A DNA stretch of 64,000 nt from Candidatus Bathyarchaeia archaeon (lineage in GTDB: Archaea; Thermoproteota; Bathyarchaeia; 40CM-2-53-6): the NCBI GenBank assembly GCA_050013255.1, contig JBEKFP010000002.1, forward strand, positions 32,001-96,000, given 5' to 3'. A program made the position numbers and the translations under genes. Below the pieces are notes generated by a model. It searched no databases. It saw nothing but the letters and a program-made list of their open reading frames with translations, and was not told the origin of the DNA. Shown here in pieces: positions 47,988 through 56,601 of the stretch (position 1 is its first letter; each line of letters begins with the position of its first letter).

Positions 47988-48660
47988 CTCGGACCCCGTG
48001 CTTAGACCATTCAACTAAACTACGAAACTTGGAGTAGGCAACAAAACCGCGTGCAACCCATGCGTTTGATTTTCTAGATGAGTGCGATTAAGGCCACGAC
48101 CCAAGTCCGCCGAGCCTGGCGGAAGTTGGTCTAATGAGACAGTTGTTTTGACAGTATGGTGAAGATTATGAAGGCCAATAAAATTAGGCCGACAGTTATG
48201 CCGATACGGTTTGGATGCTTTTTCAGGTGGTCTATTATACCCAATTTTTGTCACGCCGGTGAATTGGTGGATGGGTCTTAACCCTTTCTGTTGGGTGGCA
48301 ACGCTGGGGAAATTGCACGTTAAAACTTAGGCCTGGGGGTGACGGCTGAGAATTAAGGTGGCCTCCCGGTAAAGAAAGACCCGCAAGGGAAGGCGCAGCA
48401 ACTGCCCGAGCCCTTCTGGGATCTCCACCCGTAAGGTAGTTCATTGTTTTGGTAGCGCGGTCAATAACTAAAACCTGAAAAGTCAGCGGCGGGGCCCAAG
48501 GGTCACAAGGAAACCTAGTTTGAAGATGCTTCATCTCATTTACGATTCTGGTCCAACCAACTTAAGGCTCGCAGTTCGGGATGCATGTCGCAAGCAGCAA
48601 GACATTGTTTCGGACCTCAAGTAAGGTAACGGATGAAATCTGATTCAAGGAGCGCCCGTC

Positions 48661-50037
48661 TTGAGTAAAGTGGAAGCATCTCCTTCCCCGAACGGAGAGC
48701 TCGAAACCAAGAAACTGAGCAAGTTTCAGGCGCTCGCGGCATTCTCGCCTGATGCTCTAGCTTCAATTGGCTACGCTGACCAGGAGATCTACCTTGGGTT
48801 GGTGATCGCTGGGAGTATAGGGCTAATGTACGCCCTTCCAATCGCGTTTGCGATTACAGGCCTGCTCGCAATATTGGCTCTTTCGTATTACCAAATTATC
48901 CAGAAATATCCAAGCGGCGGAGGTTCCTATGAAGTTGCCCGAAAAACATTGGGCACTGTACCGGGCTTGGTGGCTGCGGCTGCTCTAATTGTCAACTACT
49001 TGCTGAACGTTGCAGTGAGTCTGACAACAGGCGTGGACGCTATTGCATCGGCTTTCCCCCAGCTGTGGCCACACAGAGTAATCCTGTCGCTCATGTTTCT
49101 GGTGGCGATAACACTCCTAAACTTGAGGGGGATGCGTGAAAGCGGGATTGTGATGGCCATCCCCGTCTACATTTTTCTTTTCGCTTACTTGCCCATGCTA
49201 GGTTATGGTGGTCTGCGCCTATCCCTAAGCGGCCCTGCGCCACTTGCCGTTATTGCTCCACGAGCCATTCAGCCTCTAACCATAGCCCTGTTGTTGCATG
49301 CCTTCTCAACTGGATGCACCGCTATGACGGGAGTGGAAGCGATTAGCAACGGCGTCCCATCTTTCCGCTCCCCCGAAACTAAGAACGCTGGCCAGACAAT
49401 GATCGTTATGGCGCTCTTGATGGGGACGTTGTTCCTCGGCAGCATTGGACTCATTCAATCTCTAGCAATAATCGCTGGTCCACAAGAGACGATACTGTCC
49501 GCGTTAGCGCGCTATCTGCTAGGCAGCGGTCCCGCATACTTGATCATCCAAGCCAGCACCACCATAATTCTAACTGTGGGAGCAAATACGAGTTTTGCGG
49601 GCCTGCCCCGGCTCATGAGCGTTATGGCAGGCGATGGCTACCTCCCTAAGCAACTTACTAAGTTGAGTTCGCGTTCAGTTCATTCCAACGGAATCCTGCT
49701 TCTGGCAGGCTCAGCTGCGGTGTTAATTGTATTTTTCTCTGGTAGCAGTCACGCGTTGGTTCCACTGTTTGCTGTGGGGGTTTTTTTGGCTTGGACACTA
49801 TCGCAGACTGGAATGGTGATACATTGGCGGCGCGAACGAAGCAAAAGATGGGGGTTCAAGGCGTTGCTGAACGCTACAGGTGCTCTCGCGACAGGGGTAA
49901 CGTTCGTCATCGTGGGTGCGAGCAAGTTCTTGGACGGAGCCTGGATTGCTATTCTCCTAATCCCCATAATGGTGGCTATCTTTCTCCAAGTTCACAGCCG
50001 CCAGGGGGAGAGGCTCAAGGACACCGTAAGCCTCTGA
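48661..50037 (+). CDS. YdaO/KimA-like APC-superfamily (K+) transporter lacking the C-terminal cytoplasmic domain
   Basis: FSPDALASIGY, YPSGGGSY, GCTAMTGVEAISNGVP, ANTSFAGLPRL, LVPLFAVGVF. Confidence 0.85.
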   Translation: MSKVEASPSPNGELETKKLSKFQALAAFSPDALASIGYADQEIYLGLVIAGSIGLMYALPIAFAITGLLAILALSYYQIIQKYPSGGGSYEVARKTLGTVPGLVAAAALIVNYLLNVAVSLTTGVDAIASAFPQLWPHRVILSLMFLVAITLLNLRGMRESGIVMAIPVYIFLFAYLPMLGYGGLRLSLSGPAPLAVIAPRAIQPLTIALLLHAFSTGCTAMTGVEAISNGVPSFRSPETKNAGQTMIVMALLMGTLFLGSIGLIQSLAIIAGPQETILSALARYLLGSGPAYLIIQASTTIILTVGANTSFAGLPRLMSVMAGDGYLPKQLTKLSSRSVHSNGILLLAGSAAVLIVFFSGSSHALVPLFAVGVFLAWTLSQTGMVIHWRRERSKRWGFKALLNATGALATGVTFVIVGASKFLDGAWIAILLIPIMVAIFLQVHSRQGERLKDTVSL

Positions 50038-50168
50038 ATGCAAGTTGACCTCGAAGTGCATCACATCGCTTCATGACCGCTGCTGCCAGGTCGGAAAATC
50101 GATCTGAGCCATTCCGAATCCTAAGCTTGGGGAAATCATCATTCAGGGGTTAAGCCATCGAGAAAGGC

Positions 50169-50801
50169 TTGAAAGTTGACTATTTCACATCAAAATCCCA
50201 AATAACAATGGTCCATACTCGTATTCTTAGCGATCGTAGAATGGTCCTGTTCAAGACGACCCTGATCGGCGTATGTATCCTAGTCGCTGGCATGCTGCTG
50301 CTAACAACACTTGGGTCGTACGTGACGGTTGAGGTGCAGCAGGTGCAACACCGCGATGTTGAACCGCACGCCGAATTTCTCGTAGGAGACGTGGCGGACA
50401 GAACCTATACCCTACCAGCCAATGTAGCCGCCTCAGGGTCTGTCGATGTAACCCAGGCACCGACAAACGCGTCCGGTGACATTAGGTTCATGGTTTTTGA
50501 CGACAACGACTACCAGAAGTGGAATTCCGGCCAGCAATCAAACTTCCTGTTCTCAGCCGATAACCAAGGCAAATTCATTTTCAACTTCACAACCACCAAC
50601 ACTGGAGTCTACCATTTTGTCTTTGACAATCGGGCTTCACTGTTCAAGAAGTACATAGTTCTCTCGGTCGGTTACAGCGAGGTCACAATTAGCCACGTTC
50701 CTGACCCACGCGTACCCACCATCGGGTGGGCATTGGCGGTGGTCGGGGGAATCCTTCTAGTTTATGGGTTGGCGAGGAAACCGCCCATTCCATGGGGCTA
50801 G
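50169..50801 (+). CDS. Membrane protein with emp24/GOLD-like extracellular beta-sandwich
   Basis: N- and C-terminal TM; DIRFMVFD...GVYHFVFDN. Confidence 0.65.
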   Translation: MKVDYFTSKSQITMVHTRILSDRRMVLFKTTLIGVCILVAGMLLLTTLGSYVTVEVQQVQHRDVEPHAEFLVGDVADRTYTLPANVAASGSVDVTQAPTNASGDIRFMVFDDNDYQKWNSGQQSNFLFSADNQGKFIFNFTTTNTGVYHFVFDNRASLFKKYIVLSVGYSEVTISHVPDPRVPTIGWALAVVGGILLVYGLARKPPIPWG

Positions 50802-50979
50802 GAGTTCTGTTACCCCTTCGTTTGCTGTATTATTTTCAGTGACCTCACTGCTTAATTCTGGGTTCGACGTCAGCTTGCTTAGTCATCAGTTGATGAAGCC
50901 TCGTCAAAGGCGATATGCGGGTTCTAATACCCGAATTAGCCGACGGGGCCGATGGTGAGGTAGGGAGTTGCCTGACCAA

Positions 50980-51309
50980 TTAAGACCACGTCACTTCAAA
51001 TCTTTTGGCTATCTCTTCTCCAAAACGTAGTTCGAGATAGTAAAGAACGTTACAGAGCTTACAACGAACCTCCAAGTCGTGCGTTCTTCTTCTGCCAGTC
51101 GCTATTGCGTGAAGAAAGTCGTACCCGCGCAAATTATGACTCTCCCTTCTCCCGCCTCCACTGCGATGGTTGATTTCCAAAACGCGTGAATCGTCACAAC
51201 CGCAGTTCACACATTTTGGCCCGCCCAATTTGTCGAGTGCTCGCCTTCTGATGTTTGCGCCATATTCAATCTGATACAGCCGTTGTCTTTCTGGGTCTTT
51301 GTATGGCAT
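50980..51309 (-). CDS. Small HNH (beta-beta-alpha-Me) endonuclease-like protein
   Basis: MPYKDPE start; CVNCG...LEINHRSGGG...LEVRCKLCN. Confidence 0.75.
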   Translation of the reverse strand: MPYKDPERQRLYQIEYGANIRRRALDKLGGPKCVNCGCDDSRVLEINHRSGGGRRESHNLRGYDFLHAIATGRRRTHDLEVRCKLCNVLYYLELRFGEEIAKRFEVTWS

Positions 51310-51404
51310 GGTGGTCTTTCATTAGAGTTGAAGTTGACACTAAAAGTTTTATGCAGTGTAAAACCCTGACATGCAAACGGTCTAACTGATCCAGTGAATG
51401 CTGG

Positions 51405-51527
51405 ATGAGAGCCGTGAGGTTCGGGGCCGTCGCGTCTGCAGGTGAAGCGATGGTACAGGAACCCCAGACTGATGGCAATCCTGAAAGTCGATGCAGATGA
51501 GTTACCAAACGACAAGGTAACAGAACC
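51405..51527 (+). ncRNA. Stand-alone omega-RNA scaffold copy (guide would start GGGCTAGGCAAC)
   Basis: Closely similar to 31295-31427 without a tnpB ORF; compensatory CAGGA/TCCTG pairing. Confidence 0.7.
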
Positions 51528-51579
51528 GGGCTAGGCAACTTCAAATAGAGTTGCACTGTAAGCCGTTCTCGGTTTCATA

Positions 51580-51906
51580 ATGAGCGGGCTTACCAAGAAG
51601 ATTGTGGTCGCTGACCATAGGTTATGCGCAATCCTTGGCGTGAAGGAAGGTGAGCTGGTAAGCTACGCGCAACTATCTAAAGGCCTCCACAAGTACATCA
51701 AAGATAACGACCTGAAAAACCCTCAACGCGCACACCCTTCAACCCCAACTAGCACGCCTACCCTTGTAGCCACCGAACCAACTTTACCGGCGACCCGTTC
51801 GACCGTTCTCCCTGCAATCTCCGCGGACATCAAGAAGTGCAAGGATTGCGGCGCCGAAATTCCAGCCGAGGCCACTTTCTGCGATCTTTGCGGCGTAAAG
51901 CAATAG
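51580..51906 (+). CDS. SWIB/MDM2-like domain plus C-terminal zinc ribbon
   Basis: LCAILG....VSYAQLSKGLHKYIKDNDLKNP; Pro/Thr linker; CKDCG...FCDLCG. Confidence 0.65.
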   Translation: MSGLTKKIVVADHRLCAILGVKEGELVSYAQLSKGLHKYIKDNDLKNPQRAHPSTPTSTPTLVATEPTLPATRSTVLPAISADIKKCKDCGAEIPAEATFCDLCGVKQ

Positions 51907-52015
51907 TTGTCCTTTCACGTGATGTTGCACTGCAATTGAACGACTGTAATGTCAGCTTAAATACGATGAAAATCCGGCTAGCATACTTTTAACCCTCGCA
52001 GGCGGAGGATTCGAT

Positions 52016-53584
52016 ATGGGAACTGAAAAAGTAGGAATCATAGGGTACGGCACATACATCCCCCTACAACGCATCCAAAGCGAGCTCATAGTTCGGGCCC
52101 GTGAGAAGAAACGTGAAGACCTGCCCCAGTTCCTGGACAAAGTAAGAAACGGTTTGTTGCTGAAGGATAAGTCCATCGCAGGGATAAGTGAAGATTCGAT
52201 AACAATCGCCACCGAAGCGGCTTTGAACGCCGTAGAGATGGCGGGGGTTGATCCCGCCGAAATTGAAACCGTCGCAGTTGGTTCAGAATCAAAACCTTAC
52301 GCAGTCGGTACGATCGCTAGGCATGTCGCATCTTTCATAGGCCTAGGTAACCGCGTCTACATTGCAGACCTTGAAGGCGCATGCAACTCGGGGATGCAAT
52401 CAACTGCTTTCGTTGAAAGCCAAATTCTCAGTGGAAGGATACGGTACGGATTGGCCATCGGAACAGATGTCGCCCAAGCGCCAGTCGGCGACCCGTTAGA
52501 ATACGCGTGTGGGGCTGGCGCCGGAGCTTTTCTCCTTGGAAGAGATAGCCCGGTGGCAACAATTGTTGACACCGCAGCCTATTCGAGTTTAACGTTGGAT
52601 TTCTGGAGAAGAGATGGAGCCACAGTTCCAAGCCACTTCGGCCGTACAACCGTCGAAGCTTACATCAAACATGTCATCGGAGCCATCGAAGGCCTCCTGG
52701 TGAAACACCCCGAGGTTTCCCTCATGGATTTCGATTACATCACGTTCCACCAACCATCCGGTTACATGCCCATGAAAACCTGCAAGACTCTAGCCCAAGA
52801 CCAAATCCCCATCCTAGACAACCCGGAGCTGGAAGAGAGAATACGGCTGACGCCTCAATTCATTGAGGAGAAGATAAAACCGTGGCTGCGCGTCCTCGAC
52901 ACTGGAAACACATACGCCGCGGCTACTTTGATAGCCACATGCGACATACTTGACCATGCGAAACCGGGCGAAAATGTGCTCGCAGTTTCATACGGATCGG
53001 GCGCTTATACGATAGCCACTTGGATGCACGTGGAAGACAAACTCCTCGAACGAAGGGGCCGAGTCCCCACAGTGAGGGATTATGTGAACAGACGCAGGGA
53101 CATTAGCTTAGAGGCGTATCAGAGGCTGCTGAGATACAAGCGTGGTTCTGTCAGGGCGAAACTGGAAGTCCCAAGGATAATAGCTGAGATTGAACCCTAC
53201 AACGGGAAAACTCTGACCTACACATTATGCAACGGTTGCCAACGAGTATTCTATCCAGAAAGAGACCGATGCCTGGAATTTGACTGTAAAGGGCCCGTGG
53301 AACAGCACACTCTAACAGTCAACGCGCGAGTAATCTCGGTCCAAAGGCCGACTGTTAGGGAACGTCTGATGTCAAACTTCGACGTCCTGAAAGGAGGGAA
53401 AGTGTTGATAGTTGATGCGAGCCCTAACCAAGTTCAGCCGGGAATGGAGCTTGAGAGCCTCATCAGGCGAATAGACAGCGAGGGAAGATCTGGCCTCATA
53501 ATATACGGGCCGGTCTACAGGCCAGTATTCAGGACCAAAGCGCTCCTTCAGCGTGCTGAACCCACGCCAGTCGTCGCGCGCTAG
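52016..53584 (+). CDS. Archaeal-type HMG-CoA synthase fused to a DUF35 (Zn-ribbon/OB) domain
   Basis: VGSESKPYAV, ADLEGACNSG, DFWRR, FHQP, GNTY, SYGSGA; C-terminal CNGCQRVFYP.R..C...C and GLIIYG. Confidence 0.88.
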   Translation: MGTEKVGIIGYGTYIPLQRIQSELIVRAREKKREDLPQFLDKVRNGLLLKDKSIAGISEDSITIATEAALNAVEMAGVDPAEIETVAVGSESKPYAVGTIARHVASFIGLGNRVYIADLEGACNSGMQSTAFVESQILSGRIRYGLAIGTDVAQAPVGDPLEYACGAGAGAFLLGRDSPVATIVDTAAYSSLTLDFWRRDGATVPSHFGRTTVEAYIKHVIGAIEGLLVKHPEVSLMDFDYITFHQPSGYMPMKTCKTLAQDQIPILDNPELEERIRLTPQFIEEKIKPWLRVLDTGNTYAAATLIATCDILDHAKPGENVLAVSYGSGAYTIATWMHVEDKLLERRGRVPTVRDYVNRRRDISLEAYQRLLRYKRGSVRAKLEVPRIIAEIEPYNGKTLTYTLCNGCQRVFYPERDRCLEFDCKGPVEQHTLTVNARVISVQRPTVRERLMSNFDVLKGGKVLIVDASPNQVQPGMELESLIRRIDSEGRSGLIIYGPVYRPVFRTKALLQRAEPTPVVAR

Positions 53585-53730
53585 TTAACTACTAGGCTCG
53601 GATGCACGGTTCCGCAGTTACGACAGTACTGGGCATCTTCAACCTCGAAGAAGTCTCCGTCGTCACGTATGACGAATGTGTCTCGGAATCGATGCCCGAT
53701 AATCTTGCAGACCATACTCAAGTTAATCAC
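53581..53730 (-). CDS. Small CxxxGH...CxxC zinc-binding protein (49 aa; below the ORF-track cutoff)
   Basis: Manual translation MINLSMVCKIIGHRFRDTFVIRDDGDFFEVEDAQYCRNCGTVHPSLVVN*. Confidence 0.55.
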   Translation of the reverse strand: MINLSMVCKIIGHRFRDTFVIRDDGDFFEVEDAQYCRNCGTVHPSLVVN

Positions 53731-53864
53731 TGAGACCGAATAATGTCGCATAATATATGAATGTTCCGTTTATGGAACATATATGTATCAGAACTCGACA
53801 TAACGAGTTTCATAAGACTCCCCGCATTTAGCCACACATTCATCAAGGCAAGGAGGGGCCCAAT

Positions 53865-55742
53865 TTCTGCGGTATAGCCGGCTTCGCCGGCCTCAACGAT
53901 GAAACCCTCCTCAAACGGATGATTGAAATCATTCACCATCGCGGACCCGATGATACAGGATTCTACGTCGACTCGAATGTTGGGTTAGCAAATGCCCGCC
54001 TGAGCATCATAGACATCGAAGGCGGCCACCAACCGATTCAAAACGAGGATGGAACAGTCCACGTCACATACAATGGAGAAATTTACAATTACCGCCAGCT
54101 TCGCCAGGAATTGGAAGTGCAGGGGCACAGCTTTCGCACTAAATCGGACACTGAAGTCATAGTTCATGGCTACGAGCAATATGGCGAGGGTTTCGTCAAG
54201 AAACTCAACGGAATGTTCGCCATTGCCCTCTGGGATTCAAAGCAAAGGAAATTGATTCTCGCACGCGATCGAATGGGAATAAAACCACTCCACTACACGA
54301 TCCGAAAAGACACGCTACTCTTCGCGTCAGAGATCAAAGCAATCCTCCAATCACCCACTAACAGAACAGTGAACCTAGAATCCCTCCACAACGTACTCAA
54401 CCTAGGATACATACCTGGAAAAGGCACTCTCATAGAAGAAATATCAAAACTCCCACCATCAAGCTTTCTTGTATTCCAAAACGGAACAGCTAGAATCGAG
54501 ACGTACTGGCATATTCCATTACTCGACCCAACCGCAGATGAAGACAAGCTAGTTAGCAAGCTTCAATCGGCGCTTGATGAATCAATCCGTGACCAACTCG
54601 TAGCCGATGTACCAGTGGGTTGCTTTCTAAGTGGCGGATTGGACACTTCAACGATAGTCGCTTACGCCTCAAAGGCCTCCAGCCAGCCTTTGAAGACATT
54701 TTGCATGGGCTTCGGTGAAGAGACCGACGAGTTTCAAGATGCACGATTCATTGCCGAGCGCTTCGGCACCGACCACCACGAGCTAACCGTGGATAGCTCC
54801 CAAGCCATGAAATTGTACCCGAAAATGATCTGGCACATGGAGGCGCCGAAATACAACCTCTACCCATGGTTCGTATGTGAACTCGTCCGAAAATACGTGA
54901 CGGTATGCCTCAGCGGGAACGGAGGCGACGAAGTTTTCGGCGGATACTACGCTAGATACCAGAACGCGCTTCGAATTCAGAGACTCACCAAGAACCCCAT
55001 CTCCTCTATACTCAAAATTCCCGGAAGCATGTTTCAAGATATCCCGCAGAACATGAAAGCTAAGAACCGGCTACGAGTCATGAAATCACTTGGAGACAAC
55101 GCCTCCGAATATCTAATCCTGGCAGGAGTGCTTCCTGATGCATTCAACAACGAATTATTCAGAATTGGAGGACATCCCGTCGCGGACGTGAAGAAGCAAT
55201 ATGCCCCTTTCTTCGAAAAATGTAATTTCATTCAAGGATTAATGAATGCCGAACTGAGGACGAAGCTTGTTGAGGATCTTCTTTCCGTTGACGACACGAT
55301 GAGCATGGCGCACTCACTTGAACTCAGAGTTCCACTCCTAGACAACCGAATCGTGGACCTGATGGCAACTGTTCCTTGGCAGATGAAGTATCAATCCGGT
55401 ACGCATGGGAAACTCTTGCTCAGAAAAGCGATAAGGGGAATTCTGCCTGAAGAGAGCCTTCGCAAGCCGAAATGGGGTTTCAGCGTGAATGTGCAAGCGT
55501 GGTTCCGAGGGGAGGTTGGCGAATTAGTCCGACAGATTCTACCGGACTCAGAGGTCATTCAAGAATACTTCCGGGCGGATAGAGTTCGGAAACTCATCGC
55601 GAGCACAACAAATTCCGACCGAGACAGGCGTCAACAAGTGCTTCTGTGGCAACTCCTCGGCTTTCACCTATGGCATAGAATATTCATAGACAGCGATAGG
55701 GTGGGCGCTGCCAGCCTTGGGGCCGAGGCGTTGGTGGCCTAA
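53865..55742 (+). CDS. asnB: Asparagine synthase (glutamine-hydrolysing)-like amidotransferase; expected start codon reads TTC
   Basis: CGIAG at 53868, HRGPD, RLSIID, NGEIYN, RDRMGIKPL, LSGGLDTS, SLELRVPLLD. Confidence 0.88.
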   Translation, partial: FCGIAGFAGLNDETLLKRMIEIIHHRGPDDTGFYVDSNVGLANARLSIIDIEGGHQPIQNEDGTVHVTYNGEIYNYRQLRQELEVQGHSFRTKSDTEVIVHGYEQYGEGFVKKLNGMFAIALWDSKQRKLILARDRMGIKPLHYTIRKDTLLFASEIKAILQSPTNRTVNLESLHNVLNLGYIPGKGTLIEEISKLPPSSFLVFQNGTARIETYWHIPLLDPTADEDKLVSKLQSALDESIRDQLVADVPVGCFLSGGLDTSTIVAYASKASSQPLKTFCMGFGEETDEFQDARFIAERFGTDHHELTVDSSQAMKLYPKMIWHMEAPKYNLYPWFVCELVRKYVTVCLSGNGGDEVFGGYYARYQNALRIQRLTKNPISSILKIPGSMFQDIPQNMKAKNRLRVMKSLGDNASEYLILAGVLPDAFNNELFRIGGHPVADVKKQYAPFFEKCNFIQGLMNAELRTKLVEDLLSVDDTMSMAHSLELRVPLLDNRIVDLMATVPWQMKYQSGTHGKLLLRKAIRGILPEESLRKPKWGFSVNVQAWFRGEVGELVRQILPDSEVIQEYFRADRVRKLIASTTNSDRDRRQQVLLWQLLGFHLWHRIFIDSDRVGAASLGAEALVA

Positions 55743-55745
55743 CCG

Positions 55746-56594
55746 TTGAGTTACCGGGCGGTAGTAGTAGCGAGAAACGCTGCCCCACACCTCAAGCGAA
55801 CACTGGACTCCTTGCTCAACCAGACCTTGAAACCGGAAGGAATAGTGATTGTTGATGATGGGTCCACTGACTCGACCCCTGACATTCTTCGGGGTTACGA
55901 GCGCGAACACCACGCAACGGTGAAGGTGATAACTCGGCCGGATAACGGCTACGACATTCGCCGCGTCCCATCGAACATAAACCTCGCCTGGAAATCCATG
56001 AGTGCGTCCGGCTTAGCATCCGACTTTCTCATGATAAGTGGCGACGACTGCTTCTATCCACCACATTACGCTGAGTCCCTACTAGCGAAAATGCACACAG
56101 ATCTGAGAACAGTGGTCGCAAGCGGACGCCCATCGACGAGCACATCACTCTCCCGTGAACATTCACCATCGGGGAGCGGGCGAATGATTAACGCGCAGTT
56201 TTGGCGTGATGTGGGTGGTAGATACCCACTCATAGCGGGTTGGGAGAGTTGGCTCTTGTACATGGCTTCCTTGAATGGATTGAAAGCATCCTTATTCGGT
56301 GACCTAGTGTTCGAGCACTCTCAGCCCCGCGGCGCAAAACACCAATTCATCTATTGGGGGGCGGCAATGCAGACATTAGGATACCATCCACTCTACGCCA
56401 TGGGAAGAATCGCCAAGAACGCGCTAACCACAACAGTGGGCACGAAGGGGTCGATCAACATGCTTCGAGGATACTTGCGGGCGGTCTTGGGGTCGGATGA
56501 CCCATTTGTTTCGCCTTTCGACCCAGTACTGCGACAGTTTGTGTGCCGGGAACAAGCCCAGAGAATTGCTCGGGTTGTTATGTCGATCCTCTGA
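55746..56594 (+). CDS. Glycosyltransferase family 2
   Basis: ARNAA, VDDGSTDST, ISGDD. Confidence 0.8.
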   Translation: MSYRAVVVARNAAPHLKRTLDSLLNQTLKPEGIVIVDDGSTDSTPDILRGYEREHHATVKVITRPDNGYDIRRVPSNINLAWKSMSASGLASDFLMISGDDCFYPPHYAESLLAKMHTDLRTVVASGRPSTSTSLSREHSPSGSGRMINAQFWRDVGGRYPLIAGWESWLLYMASLNGLKASLFGDLVFEHSQPRGAKHQFIYWGAAMQTLGYHPLYAMGRIAKNALTTTVGTKGSINMLRGYLRAVLGSDDPFVSPFDPVLRQFVCREQAQRIARVVMSIL

Positions 56595-56601
56595 AAGGTG
56601 C

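Larger units (their letters stand above)
50803..51527 (+). mobile_element. 725-bp non-autonomous element related to 30149-31427: IS6-like TIRs, 8-bp TSD GGGCTAGG, omega-RNA scaffold and HNH cargo
   Basis: Left AGTTCTGTTACCCCTTCGTTTG; right CAAACGACAAGGTAACAGAACC; GGGCTAGG at 50795-50802 and 51528-51535. Confidence 0.88.

Noticed and set aside
48015-48534. Short minus-strand ORFs, and SRP or RNase P RNA candidates, in the 48-kb gap
   Set aside because: No protein motifs; the diagnostic SRP helix-8 and RNase P conserved words were not found
31295-51527. Treating the two ~125-nt similar segments as CRISPR repeats or an assembly duplication
   Set aside because: They are 20 kb apart, diverged with a compensatory change, and each has its own TSD
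51207-51556. ORFs 51207-51515 and 51266-51556 antisense to the omega-RNA copy
   Set aside because: No motifs; they overlap the HNH gene, the scaffold and the element boundary
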